From the NCBI RefSeq assembly GCF_001548275.1, contig NZ_AP014945.1:780001-812000 (forward strand): a stretch of 32,000 bases of DNA, written 5' to 3'. The translations under genes were made by a program, and so were the position numbers. Source of the stretch: Caldimicrobium thiodismutans. Its GTDB lineage: Bacteria; Desulfobacterota; Thermodesulfobacteria; Thermodesulfobacteriales; Thermodesulfobacteriaceae. A model generated the notes under the pieces. That model worked only from the letters and a program-made list of their open reading frames with translations. It made no database searches and was not told the DNA's origin. This document shows, piece by piece, positions 1 to 5,533 of this stretch (position 1 is its first letter; the number at the start of each line of letters is the position of its first letter).

Positions 1-1560
1 ATTAAGCAAAAGATTGAAATTGGAAAGGCCATAGCTGAGCTTGGGATTGATGTAATTGAGGCTGGCTTTCCAATTACCTCACCTGGTGATTTTGAATCTG
101 TGCAAACTATTGCCCGAGAAGTAAAAGGAGCAACTATTGCTGCCCTTGCCAGAGCTAATCAAAAAGACATTGAGGTTGCCTGGGAGGCTATAAAACCTGC
201 TGAAAGACCAAGGATTCATACTTTTATTGCAACCTCTGATATACATCTTAAATATAAGCTCAAAAAATCAAGGGAGGAAGTTTTAGAGCTTGCTAAACAG
301 GCTGTCTCTTTTGCCAGAAGTCTTTGTCCAGATGTAGAGTTTTCTGCTGAAGATGCCACTCGCAGTAATAGAGACTTTTTAGCTCAGGTTGTCCTTGAGG
401 TTGTAAAAGCTGGGGCTACAACTATAAACATCCCTGATACAGTAGGTTACACTATACCTCAAGAATACTATGATTTAATAAAGTTTCTCATTGAAAATCT
501 CAAGGCAAATGGTTATGAATCCGCCCTGAAAAAAGGTGATCTAAGAATTTCTGTGCACTGTCACAATGACCTTGGCTTAGCAGTTGCTAACTCTCTCTCA
601 GCTATCCTTGCTGGAGCAACACAAGTTGAAGGCACTATCAATGGAATCGGAGAAAGAGCAGGTAATGCAGCCTTGGAAGAGATTATTATGACCCTCAAAA
701 CCAGAGCTGACTTTTTTAAAGAGAAATTGGGCTATGAACCCCTTGTCAACATAAATACAAAAAAAATAATACCTGTAAGCCAGCTTGTCTCCCAACATAC
801 TGGTATGCTTGTGCAACCCAACAAAGCAATTGTGGGGGCAAATGCCTTTGCTCATGAATCGGGTATTCATCAACACGGAGTTCTTTGCGAGAGATCCACT
901 TACGAGATTATTGATCCCAAGGAGATAGGCTGGACAGGCTCTGCAATTGTCCTTGGGAAACATTCAGGAAGGCACGCCATATCTTTTAAACTTGAAAGCC
1001 TTGGCTGGAAGCTTTCCAAAGAAATGCTGGATAAGGTCTTTGAAAAATACAGATCTGAAGTGAAAGATATCTTAAGAAAGGTTGATGATGCCTATCTTGA
1101 AGGGATTGTCCTTGATCTTTTACTTGAAAGAGAGTATAGATATAAATTGACCTCCTCTCAAGTTATAAGTGTTTTAAGTGGCTCCCTTAAACCTATTGCT
1201 CAGGTTGAAATTGAGGATAAAAAACTTGGACAAAGAGTATCCGTTGGTCTTGGTATTGGTCCAATTGATGCAGCTTACAAGGCTGTAGCTTCTGCCCTTG
1301 GCTATACCTTTACAGGCGAAGAGGGAAAAAAGAGTTTAAAACTTCTTGACTTTCATATAGATGCCCTATCTGGTGGCACCTCTGCAGAAGGGGTCTGTGG
1401 TGTAATTCTTGAAGATGAAAGAGGAATTAAATCTGCAGGGCTGGGTAAAGATGGAGATATTGTTATTGCCAGTCTAAAGGCCCTGATTAAAGCCTTAAAC
1501 AGGCTTGAAGCCTATCAAGAAAAAGGAGAGACTCTTAAAAAAGAGATTCTTATGGTTTAG
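1..1560 (+). CDS. leuA: 2-isopropylmalate synthase, 5' end outside window
   Basis: Frame 1 is open from nt 1 (IKQKIEIGKAIAELGIDVIEAGFPITSPGDFESV precedes the ORF-track GTG at 100), so the start lies upstream of the window. HMGL-type motifs are present: HTFIATSDIH, SVHCHNDLGLAVANSL, GTINGIGERAGNAALEE. A LeuA-type C-terminal regulatory domain follows. A citramalate synthase paralogue cannot be excluded by eye. Confidence 0.87.
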   Translation: MKQKIEIGKAIAELGIDVIEAGFPITSPGDFESVQTIAREVKGATIAALARANQKDIEVAWEAIKPAERPRIHTFIATSDIHLKYKLKKSREEVLELAKQAVSFARSLCPDVEFSAEDATRSNRDFLAQVVLEVVKAGATTINIPDTVGYTIPQEYYDLIKFLIENLKANGYESALKKGDLRISVHCHNDLGLAVANSLSAILAGATQVEGTINGIGERAGNAALEEIIMTLKTRADFFKEKLGYEPLVNINTKKIIPVSQLVSQHTGMLVQPNKAIVGANAFAHESGIHQHGVLCERSTYEIIDPKEIGWTGSAIVLGKHSGRHAISFKLESLGWKLSKEMLDKVFEKYRSEVKDILRKVDDAYLEGIVLDLLLEREYRYKLTSSQVISVLSGSLKPIAQVEIEDKKLGQRVSVGLGIGPIDAAYKAVASALGYTFTGEEGKKSLKLLDFHIDALSGGTSAEGVCGVILEDERGIKSAGLGKDGDIVIASLKALIKALNRLEAYQEKGETLKKEILMV

Positions 1561-2326
1561 CAGGGGCAGTAGTCTGAAGCTTTTTAATTAAATAAAGCCT
1601 CTCCTCAGAGAGATTGCCCCACTCTGAATTTGGAGCTATTTGAGTTACAGATTCCCAGATTTCTTTGGCCAAATCTAATTTTCCCTGTCTAAAAAAGACT
1701 TCTCCCAAATAATATCTTGCCTCCATGGAAGAGCGATCATTTTTCAGGACTCTCTTGAGATAAAATTCTGCTGAAGCATAATCTCCCTCATTAAGATGAA
1801 TAAGGGCAAGATAAATTAAAGCCTTGGTTGCCCGAGCATTTTCTTTCAGAGCCCTTTGGAGGTAATCAAGAGCCCTTTCTTTATCACCGAGCTGATAATA
1901 GGCCCAACCAAGATTGGTCAGAGCAAGATGAATATTAACATAAAGGGGATTGGAAATAGCCTTCTCAAAATATGAAATAGCCTCCTGATATTTCCCTTGG
2001 AGCATGCGCAAAGCTCCAAGATTGGTGTAAGCTTCAGAAAAGGAGGGGTCAAGCTTTGTTGCCTCTTGAAGAGCCTCTTCCGCCTTTGCAAAGTCCTTTT
2101 TGGTCATATAAACAAGCCCAAAAAGATTAAAGGTTTCTGCATCGCACTTATCTGTTTTTTTTGCCAATTCAAGCTCCTGAAGAGCCTCTGTATAACGCCC
2201 TTCATCAAAATAAAGTTTAGCAATCTCTTTATGAGAAAAAGCCTTCTCTTGATAATATTGAGATTGAGCTTTACATGAAATTATTAAAGCCACACTTAAA
2301 CACAAAAGGAGAAAATATTTTTTCAT
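1550..2326 (-). CDS. TPR-repeat lipoprotein (PilW/PilF- or BamD-like)
   Basis: The signal peptide has a lipobox (MKKYFLLLCLSVALIISC). About six TPR-like units follow (e.g. AETFNLFGLVYMTKKDFAKAEEALQEATKLDP, AYTNLGALRMLQGKYQEAISYFEKAI). The ATG is preceded by GGAGGG inside the end of yjbQ. Its 3' end overlaps leuA by 11 nt, convergently. Confidence 0.72.
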   Translation of the reverse strand: MKKYFLLLCLSVALIISCKAQSQYYQEKAFSHKEIAKLYFDEGRYTEALQELELAKKTDKCDAETFNLFGLVYMTKKDFAKAEEALQEATKLDPSFSEAYTNLGALRMLQGKYQEAISYFEKAISNPLYVNIHLALTNLGWAYYQLGDKERALDYLQRALKENARATKALIYLALIHLNEGDYASAEFYLKRVLKNDRSSMEARYYLGEVFFRQGKLDLAKEIWESVTQIAPNSEWGNLSEERLYLIKKLQTTAPAKP

Positions 2327-2713
2327 TTATCCCTCCATAAATTTTACATATACCTTTCTATTTCTTGGCCCATCATATTCAGCAAAAAAAACTCTCTGCC
2401 ATGTCCCAAGAAGAAGTTTTCCTTTTTCAACAAGAAGAATTAATGTAGGGCCAGTGAGACTTGACTTAATATGCCCTGGCGAATTCCCTTCAAGGTGTTT
2501 ATAAGGATACTTCTCTGGGGCAAGCTGTGAAAATATGGCTAATATATCTTCCTTTACTGAAGGATCAGCTCCTTCATTTACAATCAGACCCGCTGTAGTA
2601 TGGGGATTGAAAAGAATACAAATTCCGTCTTTATGGGGTAGGACCCTCTCTACATCAGAGGTTATATCTATTAACTCGGTCTTTTTGGTAGTTTTTATAG
2701 TAATTATCTCCAT
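2327..2713 (-). CDS. yjbQ: YjbQ/UPF0047 family protein (secondary thiamine-phosphate synthase-type)
   Basis: Family motifs are HTTAGLIVNEGADPSVKEDI, GHIKSSLTGPTL and LGTWQRVFFAEYDGPRNRKVYV. I place the start at ATG 2713 (MEIITIK) or ATG 2722, not the ORF-track 2785. The extra N-terminal residues run into a repeat element and a promoter-like TTGACT-16-TAAAAA. Confidence 0.8.
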   Translation of the reverse strand: MEIITIKTTKKTELIDITSDVERVLPHKDGICILFNPHTTAGLIVNEGADPSVKEDILAIFSQLAPEKYPYKHLEGNSPGHIKSSLTGPTLILLVEKGKLLLGTWQRVFFAEYDGPRNRKVYVKFMEG

Positions 2714-2723
2714 ACTTAACATA

Positions 2724-2751
2724 TTTTTAAAGGATTTTTGGATAAAGTCAA
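2724..2751 (-). promoter_or_regulatory. Putative sigma70-type promoter of yjbQ (TTGACT-16-TAAAAA), 10 nt from ATG 2713
   Basis: Minus strand reads TTGACTttatccaaaaatccttTAAAAAtatgttaagtATG. There is no Shine-Dalgarno before the ATG. This is a sequence pattern only. Confidence 0.4.
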
Positions 2752-2850
2752 GAGGAAATTTACCTTTTCCCTTGCATAAGTTCATATTCTTACAAGAAAA
2801 AGGAAAGGTGGTAAAATGGAACTTAAAAATTATAAGGAGAGGTTAAAGCT

Positions 2851-3177
2851 ATGGCCAATTCTATCCTGCCTAATCCCTCAAAAGATTTAAAACTTCTTCA
2901 AAGGTTAGAATCCATCAAAGAAGCCTCTCAAAGAGAAGAAGTTTTGCGGAAACTAAAAATACTTACTTAGCATGAAAAGTATGGAACAGAGGCAACTGTT
3001 TCTGCTTTTGAGGTATCCAGGGTGGGGGTTTAAAATTTTAAACCCCTACTTAAAAGAAAGATTTTAAAGATTATTTATCCTTTCTTTCCGAAGGGGAACG
3101 GGTATGTGGAGAGATTTAATTTGTATTACGCCCAAAGAAAAAATACTATAGAGGCTCAAAAGATATGGATTTATACA
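2851..3177 (+). pseudogene. Transposase remnant: HTH-like N-terminus fused in frame to an integrase C-terminal motif, catalytic core missing
   Basis: AAGGAGAGG lies 8 nt before ATG 2851. The single frame reads MANSILPNPSKDLKLLQRLESIKEASQREEVLRKLKILT, then TAG at 2968. It continues HEKYGTEATVSAFEVSRVGV, then TAA at 3031. It then reads NFKPLLKRKILKIIYPFFPKGNGYVERFNLYYAQRKNTIEAQKIWIYT. P-x-GNG-x-VERFN matches the conserved P-x-x-NGKVERFN block of rve integrases. Confidence 0.6.
3025..3046. repeat. Perfect 22-nt palindrome GGGGTTTAAAATTTTAAACCCC (identical copy at 27453-27474)
   Basis: Read directly from the sequence. It is self-complementary over its full length. It marks the start of the roughly 150-nt block that is about 90 percent conserved by eye between R1 and R2. 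Confidence 0.9.
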
Positions 3178-3182
3178 TTCCC

Positions 3183-3210
3183 TTGCACAGGGCTAAAAAA
3201 TCTTTATAAT
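3183..3210 (+). promoter_or_regulatory. Putative ribE promoter TTGCAC-16-TATAAT, 10 nt from the ATG
   Basis: Reads TTGCACagggctaaaaaatcttTATAATagacataattATG. No Shine-Dalgarno is present. The -35 lies exactly 20 nt after the CTCAAAAG box of repeat R1. Confidence 0.45.
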
Positions 3211-3220
3211 AGACATAATT

Positions 3221-3880
3221 ATGTTTACAGGTCTAATTGAGGGGAAGGGAATTATTCGTAGATTAGTTCCTCAAGGCCAGGGGTTCCTTATTGAAATTGA
3301 AAGTGAATTTTCCTTAGGTGATACTCAAATCGGTGATAGCATAGCTGTGGATGGAATTTGTCTTACCGCAACTAAAGTTTTAGAAAAAAAATTTACTGCC
3401 CAGGTATCCCCTGAGACCATTGCTCGGACAACCCTTAAAATTAAAAAGGCTGGAGATGAAGTGAATTTAGAGAGGGCACTTAAACTGGGGGCTTCAATTG
3501 GAGGGCACTTAGTTTCAGGGCATGTAGATGCTACAGGGAAAATAATTAATATCTCTAAGGTTGGAGACTATTATCTCTTTGAAATAGAAATACCTCAAGA
3601 ATTATCTCCCTATCTTATCCCTAAGGGCTCGATTGCCGTTGATGGCATAAGTTTAACTATTAATGAAGTTAGCTCAAATAAGTTTGCCCTTATGATTATT
3701 CCCCATACCTATAAGGTAACCACCCTTTCTTCAAAAAAAATTGGAGACTTCGTAAATCTTGAAGTTGATATGATTGCAAAAATGGTCTATCAATGGGCAA
3801 AACCCTATCTGGAAAAACTCTCTTCACAACGGGGTAAAGAGATCACCTTAGATTTCTTAAAAAATCATGGTTTTCTGTGA
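3221..3880 (+). CDS. ribE: Riboflavin synthase alpha chain
   Basis: It has the MFTGLIEGKGII N-terminus and two lumazine-binding repeats (GDSIAVDGICLT and KGSIAVDGISLT). The 219-aa length is typical. Confidence 0.93.
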   Translation: MFTGLIEGKGIIRRLVPQGQGFLIEIESEFSLGDTQIGDSIAVDGICLTATKVLEKKFTAQVSPETIARTTLKIKKAGDEVNLERALKLGASIGGHLVSGHVDATGKIINISKVGDYYLFEIEIPQELSPYLIPKGSIAVDGISLTINEVSSNKFALMIIPHTYKVTTLSSKKIGDFVNLEVDMIAKMVYQWAKPYLEKLSSQRGKEITLDFLKNHGFL

Positions 3881-3908
3881 TTTAAAATTGCAGGAGGAGG
3901 TAAAGCCT

Positions 3909-4454
3909 ATGAAGATAAATCCAGAGAAAGAGGCAGTGGAAAAGCTTGCCTATGAGCTTTTAGTATCTGCAAGAACTGCTCCTAAGGCCAGAGGGCAAGA
4001 TGATATTGTCCTTGCCTTAGTTATAAAAAGGGAAGAAATGGAAGCAATTGCCCAGGAGATGGAAAAAATAGCCGAGCGTGGAGAGGCCTTTAAATTCTTT
4101 AAAAGGGATGCAGAAAATTTGCGGAATTCAGAGGCCTTAGTTTTAATCTCCCTTGACTTTAAAAGGCCTGTTGGTGTCAACTGCGGAGCCTGTGGTTTCA
4201 CCTGTGAAAGCATTCTGAAGGTGACTAAACAAAAGCTTGATTATGAAGGTCCGGTATGCGCTATGAGACTCATTGATCTTGGTATTGCTATAGGTTCTGC
4301 AGTCTCAAAAGCTAAGGATTTATGCCTTGATAATAGGGTTATGTATACTATTGGAGTAGCAGTCAAAAGACTTGGTTTAATGCCCGGGGATATTATCCTT
4401 GGAATCCCCCTAAGTGTTAAAGGTAAAAACATTTACTTTGATCGGAGGTTTTAA
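3909..4454 (+). CDS. DUF2148-type ferredoxin-domain protein
   Basis: Motifs read by eye are LLVSARTAPKARGQDDIV, FFKRDAENLRNSEALVLIS and CGACGFTCES. I place the start at ATG 3909 (MKINPEKE), which is preceded by GGAGGAGG at 3893-3900. The ORF-track ATG 3867 lies inside ribE. Confidence 0.78.
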   Translation: MKINPEKEAVEKLAYELLVSARTAPKARGQDDIVLALVIKREEMEAIAQEMEKIAERGEAFKFFKRDAENLRNSEALVLISLDFKRPVGVNCGACGFTCESILKVTKQKLDYEGPVCAMRLIDLGIAIGSAVSKAKDLCLDNRVMYTIGVAVKRLGLMPGDIILGIPLSVKGKNIYFDRRF

Positions 4455-5088
4455 AATTTCCGTTAAAATAAAAATTTGCGGTATCACTAATCTTGAAGAT
4501 ATTAAGCTTCTTGAAGCATATCCTGTTCACTACTTAGGATTTATTCTCTATCCTCCTTCCCCACGATATGTTGGTTCAAGGCTTTCAGAACTTTTAAAGG
4601 CTGTAAAAATCCCTAAAAAAGTAGCTGTTTTTGTGGATGCTCCTTACGAGGAAATAAAATCAGCCCTTGACCTTGGGGTAGATTTAATCCAACTTCATGG
4701 TCGGGAGAATTTAGATCTGGCCAGAAAAATTGGTTTACAACGCTGTATTAAAACTTTTCGAATCAAAGATTCCCTTTCTTTTGATGAACTTGATTATTGG
4801 AGAGATGCTTATGCCCTTTTACTTGACACCTATAAAGAGGGTCTACCTGGGGGGACAGGAAAGACCTTCAACTGGGATATCGCTAGAGACATTGTCTTAA
4901 AAGGCCATAGAATTTTTTTAGCAGGGGGATTAAACCCTGACAATGTTTTAGAGGCAGTTTCAAAGGTAAATCCCTATGCCATTGACCTATCTTCAGGGCT
5001 TGAAAAATCGCCGGGAAAAAAAGATCCTAAAAAAATAGAGGTGTTCTTTGAAAAACTCAAGGGGGTAACTACCCCCTTGGTCTCTTAA
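4414..5088 (+). CDS. trpF: N-(5'-phosphoribosyl)anthranilate isomerase; start uncertain (GTG 4414, TTG 4438 or ATT 4456)
   Basis: KIKICGITNLEDI, GFILYPPSPRYV, IQLHG and FLAGGLNPDNV are typical of TrpF. The only strong SD (GGAGG, 4444-4448) sits downstream of both canonical start candidates. Confidence 0.85.
   Translation: MLKVKTFTLIGGFKISVKIKICGITNLEDIKLLEAYPVHYLGFILYPPSPRYVGSRLSELLKAVKIPKKVAVFVDAPYEEIKSALDLGVDLIQLHGRENLDLARKIGLQRCIKTFRIKDSLSFDELDYWRDAYALLLDTYKEGLPGGTGKTFNWDIARDIVLKGHRIFLAGGLNPDNVLEAVSKVNPYAIDLSSGLEKSPGKKDPKKIEVFFEKLKGVTTPLVS
5058..5079 (-). terminator. Intrinsic terminator hairpin for the zinc-ribbon gene, embedded in the trpF 3' end
   Basis: The stem is CAAGGGGG / CCCCCTTG (8 bp, five G:C) with loop TAACTA. 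On the minus strand it starts 12 nt after the stop at 5091-5093 and is followed by AGUUUUUC. On the plus strand it is followed by a weaker GUCUCUU that runs into the trpF stop. Confidence 0.5.
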
Positions 5089-5090
5089 GC

Positions 5091-5300
5091 TCAACCAAAG
5101 CCAAAACCTCTTCCCCCGCCACAAGAACCAGAGCCTCCTATAAATCCTCTACCCCAGGAGGTAGCAAAAGAGGAGTATTCCTTTGTAACATCCTTAGAAC
5201 CACAATAAATGCACCTTACATCTTTCTCATCTTCTTTGGTGAAACAAAGGGCTTCAAAAATCTTGCCACACTTTTCACACTTAAATTCATAAATAGGCAT
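5091..5300 (-). CDS. FmdB-family zinc-ribbon protein with Gly-rich tail
   Basis: MPIYEFKCEKCG...RCIYCGS gives the CxxC...CxxC ribbon. The tail reads GGSGSCGGGRGFGFG. I place the start at ATG 5300, preceded by GGGAGGTG with an 8-nt spacer. The ORF-track start at 5309 is a GTG too close to that SD. Confidence 0.8.
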   Translation of the reverse strand: MPIYEFKCEKCGKIFEALCFTKEDEKDVRCIYCGSKDVTKEYSSFATSWGRGFIGGSGSCGGGRGFGFG

Positions 5301-5337
5301 GCTCAGCACCTCCCAATTATTAAATTAGTTTACTAAA

Positions 5338-5365
5338 ATAATAATTATTTTTCCTCTTTTTTCAA
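5338..5365 (-). promoter_or_regulatory. Putative promoter of the zinc-ribbon gene (TTGAAA-16-TATTAT)
   Basis: Minus strand reads TTGAAAaaagaggaaaaataatTATTAT. A roughly 30-nt leader containing GGGAGG follows. Pattern only. Confidence 0.35.
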
Positions 5366-5371
5366 GGCTCC

Positions 5372-5495
5372 TTTATAAGTTCAGGGGGAGGCTATAGATT
5401 TTCTTTATGAGGTAGAAAAAAATTTGAACTTTTAAAAATAGACCTACATCCGAAAAGCTTACTCTATCTCAAAAGTTTCTAAGGATATTTTTCGC
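5372..5495 (+). repeat. Possible fourth, diverged copy (R4) of the IS-derived repeat
   Basis: TTTATAAGTTCAG at 5372 matches the left end TGCATAAGTTCAG at 11/13. GTAGAAAAAAAT resembles the R3 interior. CTCAAAAG (5468-5475) lies exactly 20 nt before TTGACA, as in the other copies. The interior is otherwise poorly alignable. Confidence 0.35.
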
Positions 5496-5523
5496 TTGAC
5501 AATAAATTCTGATTACCTAAAAT
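5496..5523 (+). promoter_or_regulatory. Putative histidine kinase promoter TTGACA-16-TAAAAT, 10 nt from the ATG
   Basis: Reads TTGACAataaattctgattaccTAAAATtaattagtatATG. No Shine-Dalgarno is present. Confidence 0.45.
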
Positions 5524-5533
5524 TAATTAGTAT

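Larger units (their letters stand above)
2773..3177 (+). mobile_element. Internally deleted IS relic, copy R1 (rve/DDE integrase-type, IS481/IS3-like)
   Basis: Imperfect terminal inverted repeats: TGCATAAGTTCA at 2773 versus the reverse complement of 3166-3177, TGTATAAATCCA (9/12). TTCCCT occurs on both flanks (2767-2772 and 3178-3183). The interior holds transposase N- and C-terminal fragments. Both arms are homologous to 27261-27605 and 31395-31514. Confidence 0.7.

Noticed and set aside
598-963. ORF-track ORFs lying antisense or out of frame inside well-supported genes. Examples: 598-963, 1997-2278, 2535-2846, 3950-4213, 4241-4432, 6730-6954, 7189-7554, 7524-7733, 8879-9148, 9498-9758, 10029-10241, 10629-10949, 11423-11713, 12767-13003, 13154-13408, 14422-14670, 16286-16519, 19771-20148, 24156-24341, 25319-25582, 25812-26018, 27789-28025, 29798-30076, 30430-30633, 30603-30785.
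   Set aside because: Each is fully covered by a gene with clear family motifs on the other strand or frame. Their sequences are low-complexity (S/L/P/F/K-rich), I saw no ribosome-binding sites, and none shows a recognisable motif.
1540-1620. Possible terminator hairpin (GAAGCTTT...AAAGCCTC) at the leuA / TPR-lipoprotein junction. Similar weak stems occur at 8060-8090.
   Set aside because: The stems are AT-rich and mismatched with long loops and no U-tracts. This is not better than chance in AT-rich DNA.
2714-2785. N-terminal 24 residues of the 152-aa ORF (MNLCKGKGKFPLDFIQKSFKNMLS) as part of YjbQ.
   Set aside because: YjbQ-family proteins begin near MEIITIK. The extension overlaps the left end of the repeat element and a TTGACT-16-TAAAAA promoter pattern. 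Similar over-extensions were trimmed at 3867 (DUF2148), 25052 (ycaO), 26806 (NIL-Fd), 5309 (zinc ribbon) and 23158 (ftsL), because a strong SD sits between the ORF-track start and the next ATG.
3025-3046. The 22-nt palindromes (also 27453-27474) as rho-independent terminators.
   Set aside because: The stem interior is all A/T and is followed by TACTTAA rather than a U-tract. In R1 no gene ends upstream of it on either strand.
2714-3220. FMN riboswitch or other leader RNA upstream of ribE.
   Set aside because: The region is explained by promoters and the IS relic. The predicted ribE promoter leaves only about 3 nt of leader, and I could not find the conserved FMN-element core by eye. An Rfam scan would be the decisive check.
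3178-3220. Extension of the integrase pseudogene frame through the ribE promoter. The frame reads ...FPCTGLKNLYNRHNY, with TATAAT read as Tyr-Asn, which resembles the YN-x-RPH motif of rve transposases.
   Set aside because: The spacing from the W-containing helix does not fit, and R2 does not align over the same stretch. The miniature copy R3 places the element end before this point. TAT-AAT as Tyr-Asn is most simply a coincidence of a -10 box.
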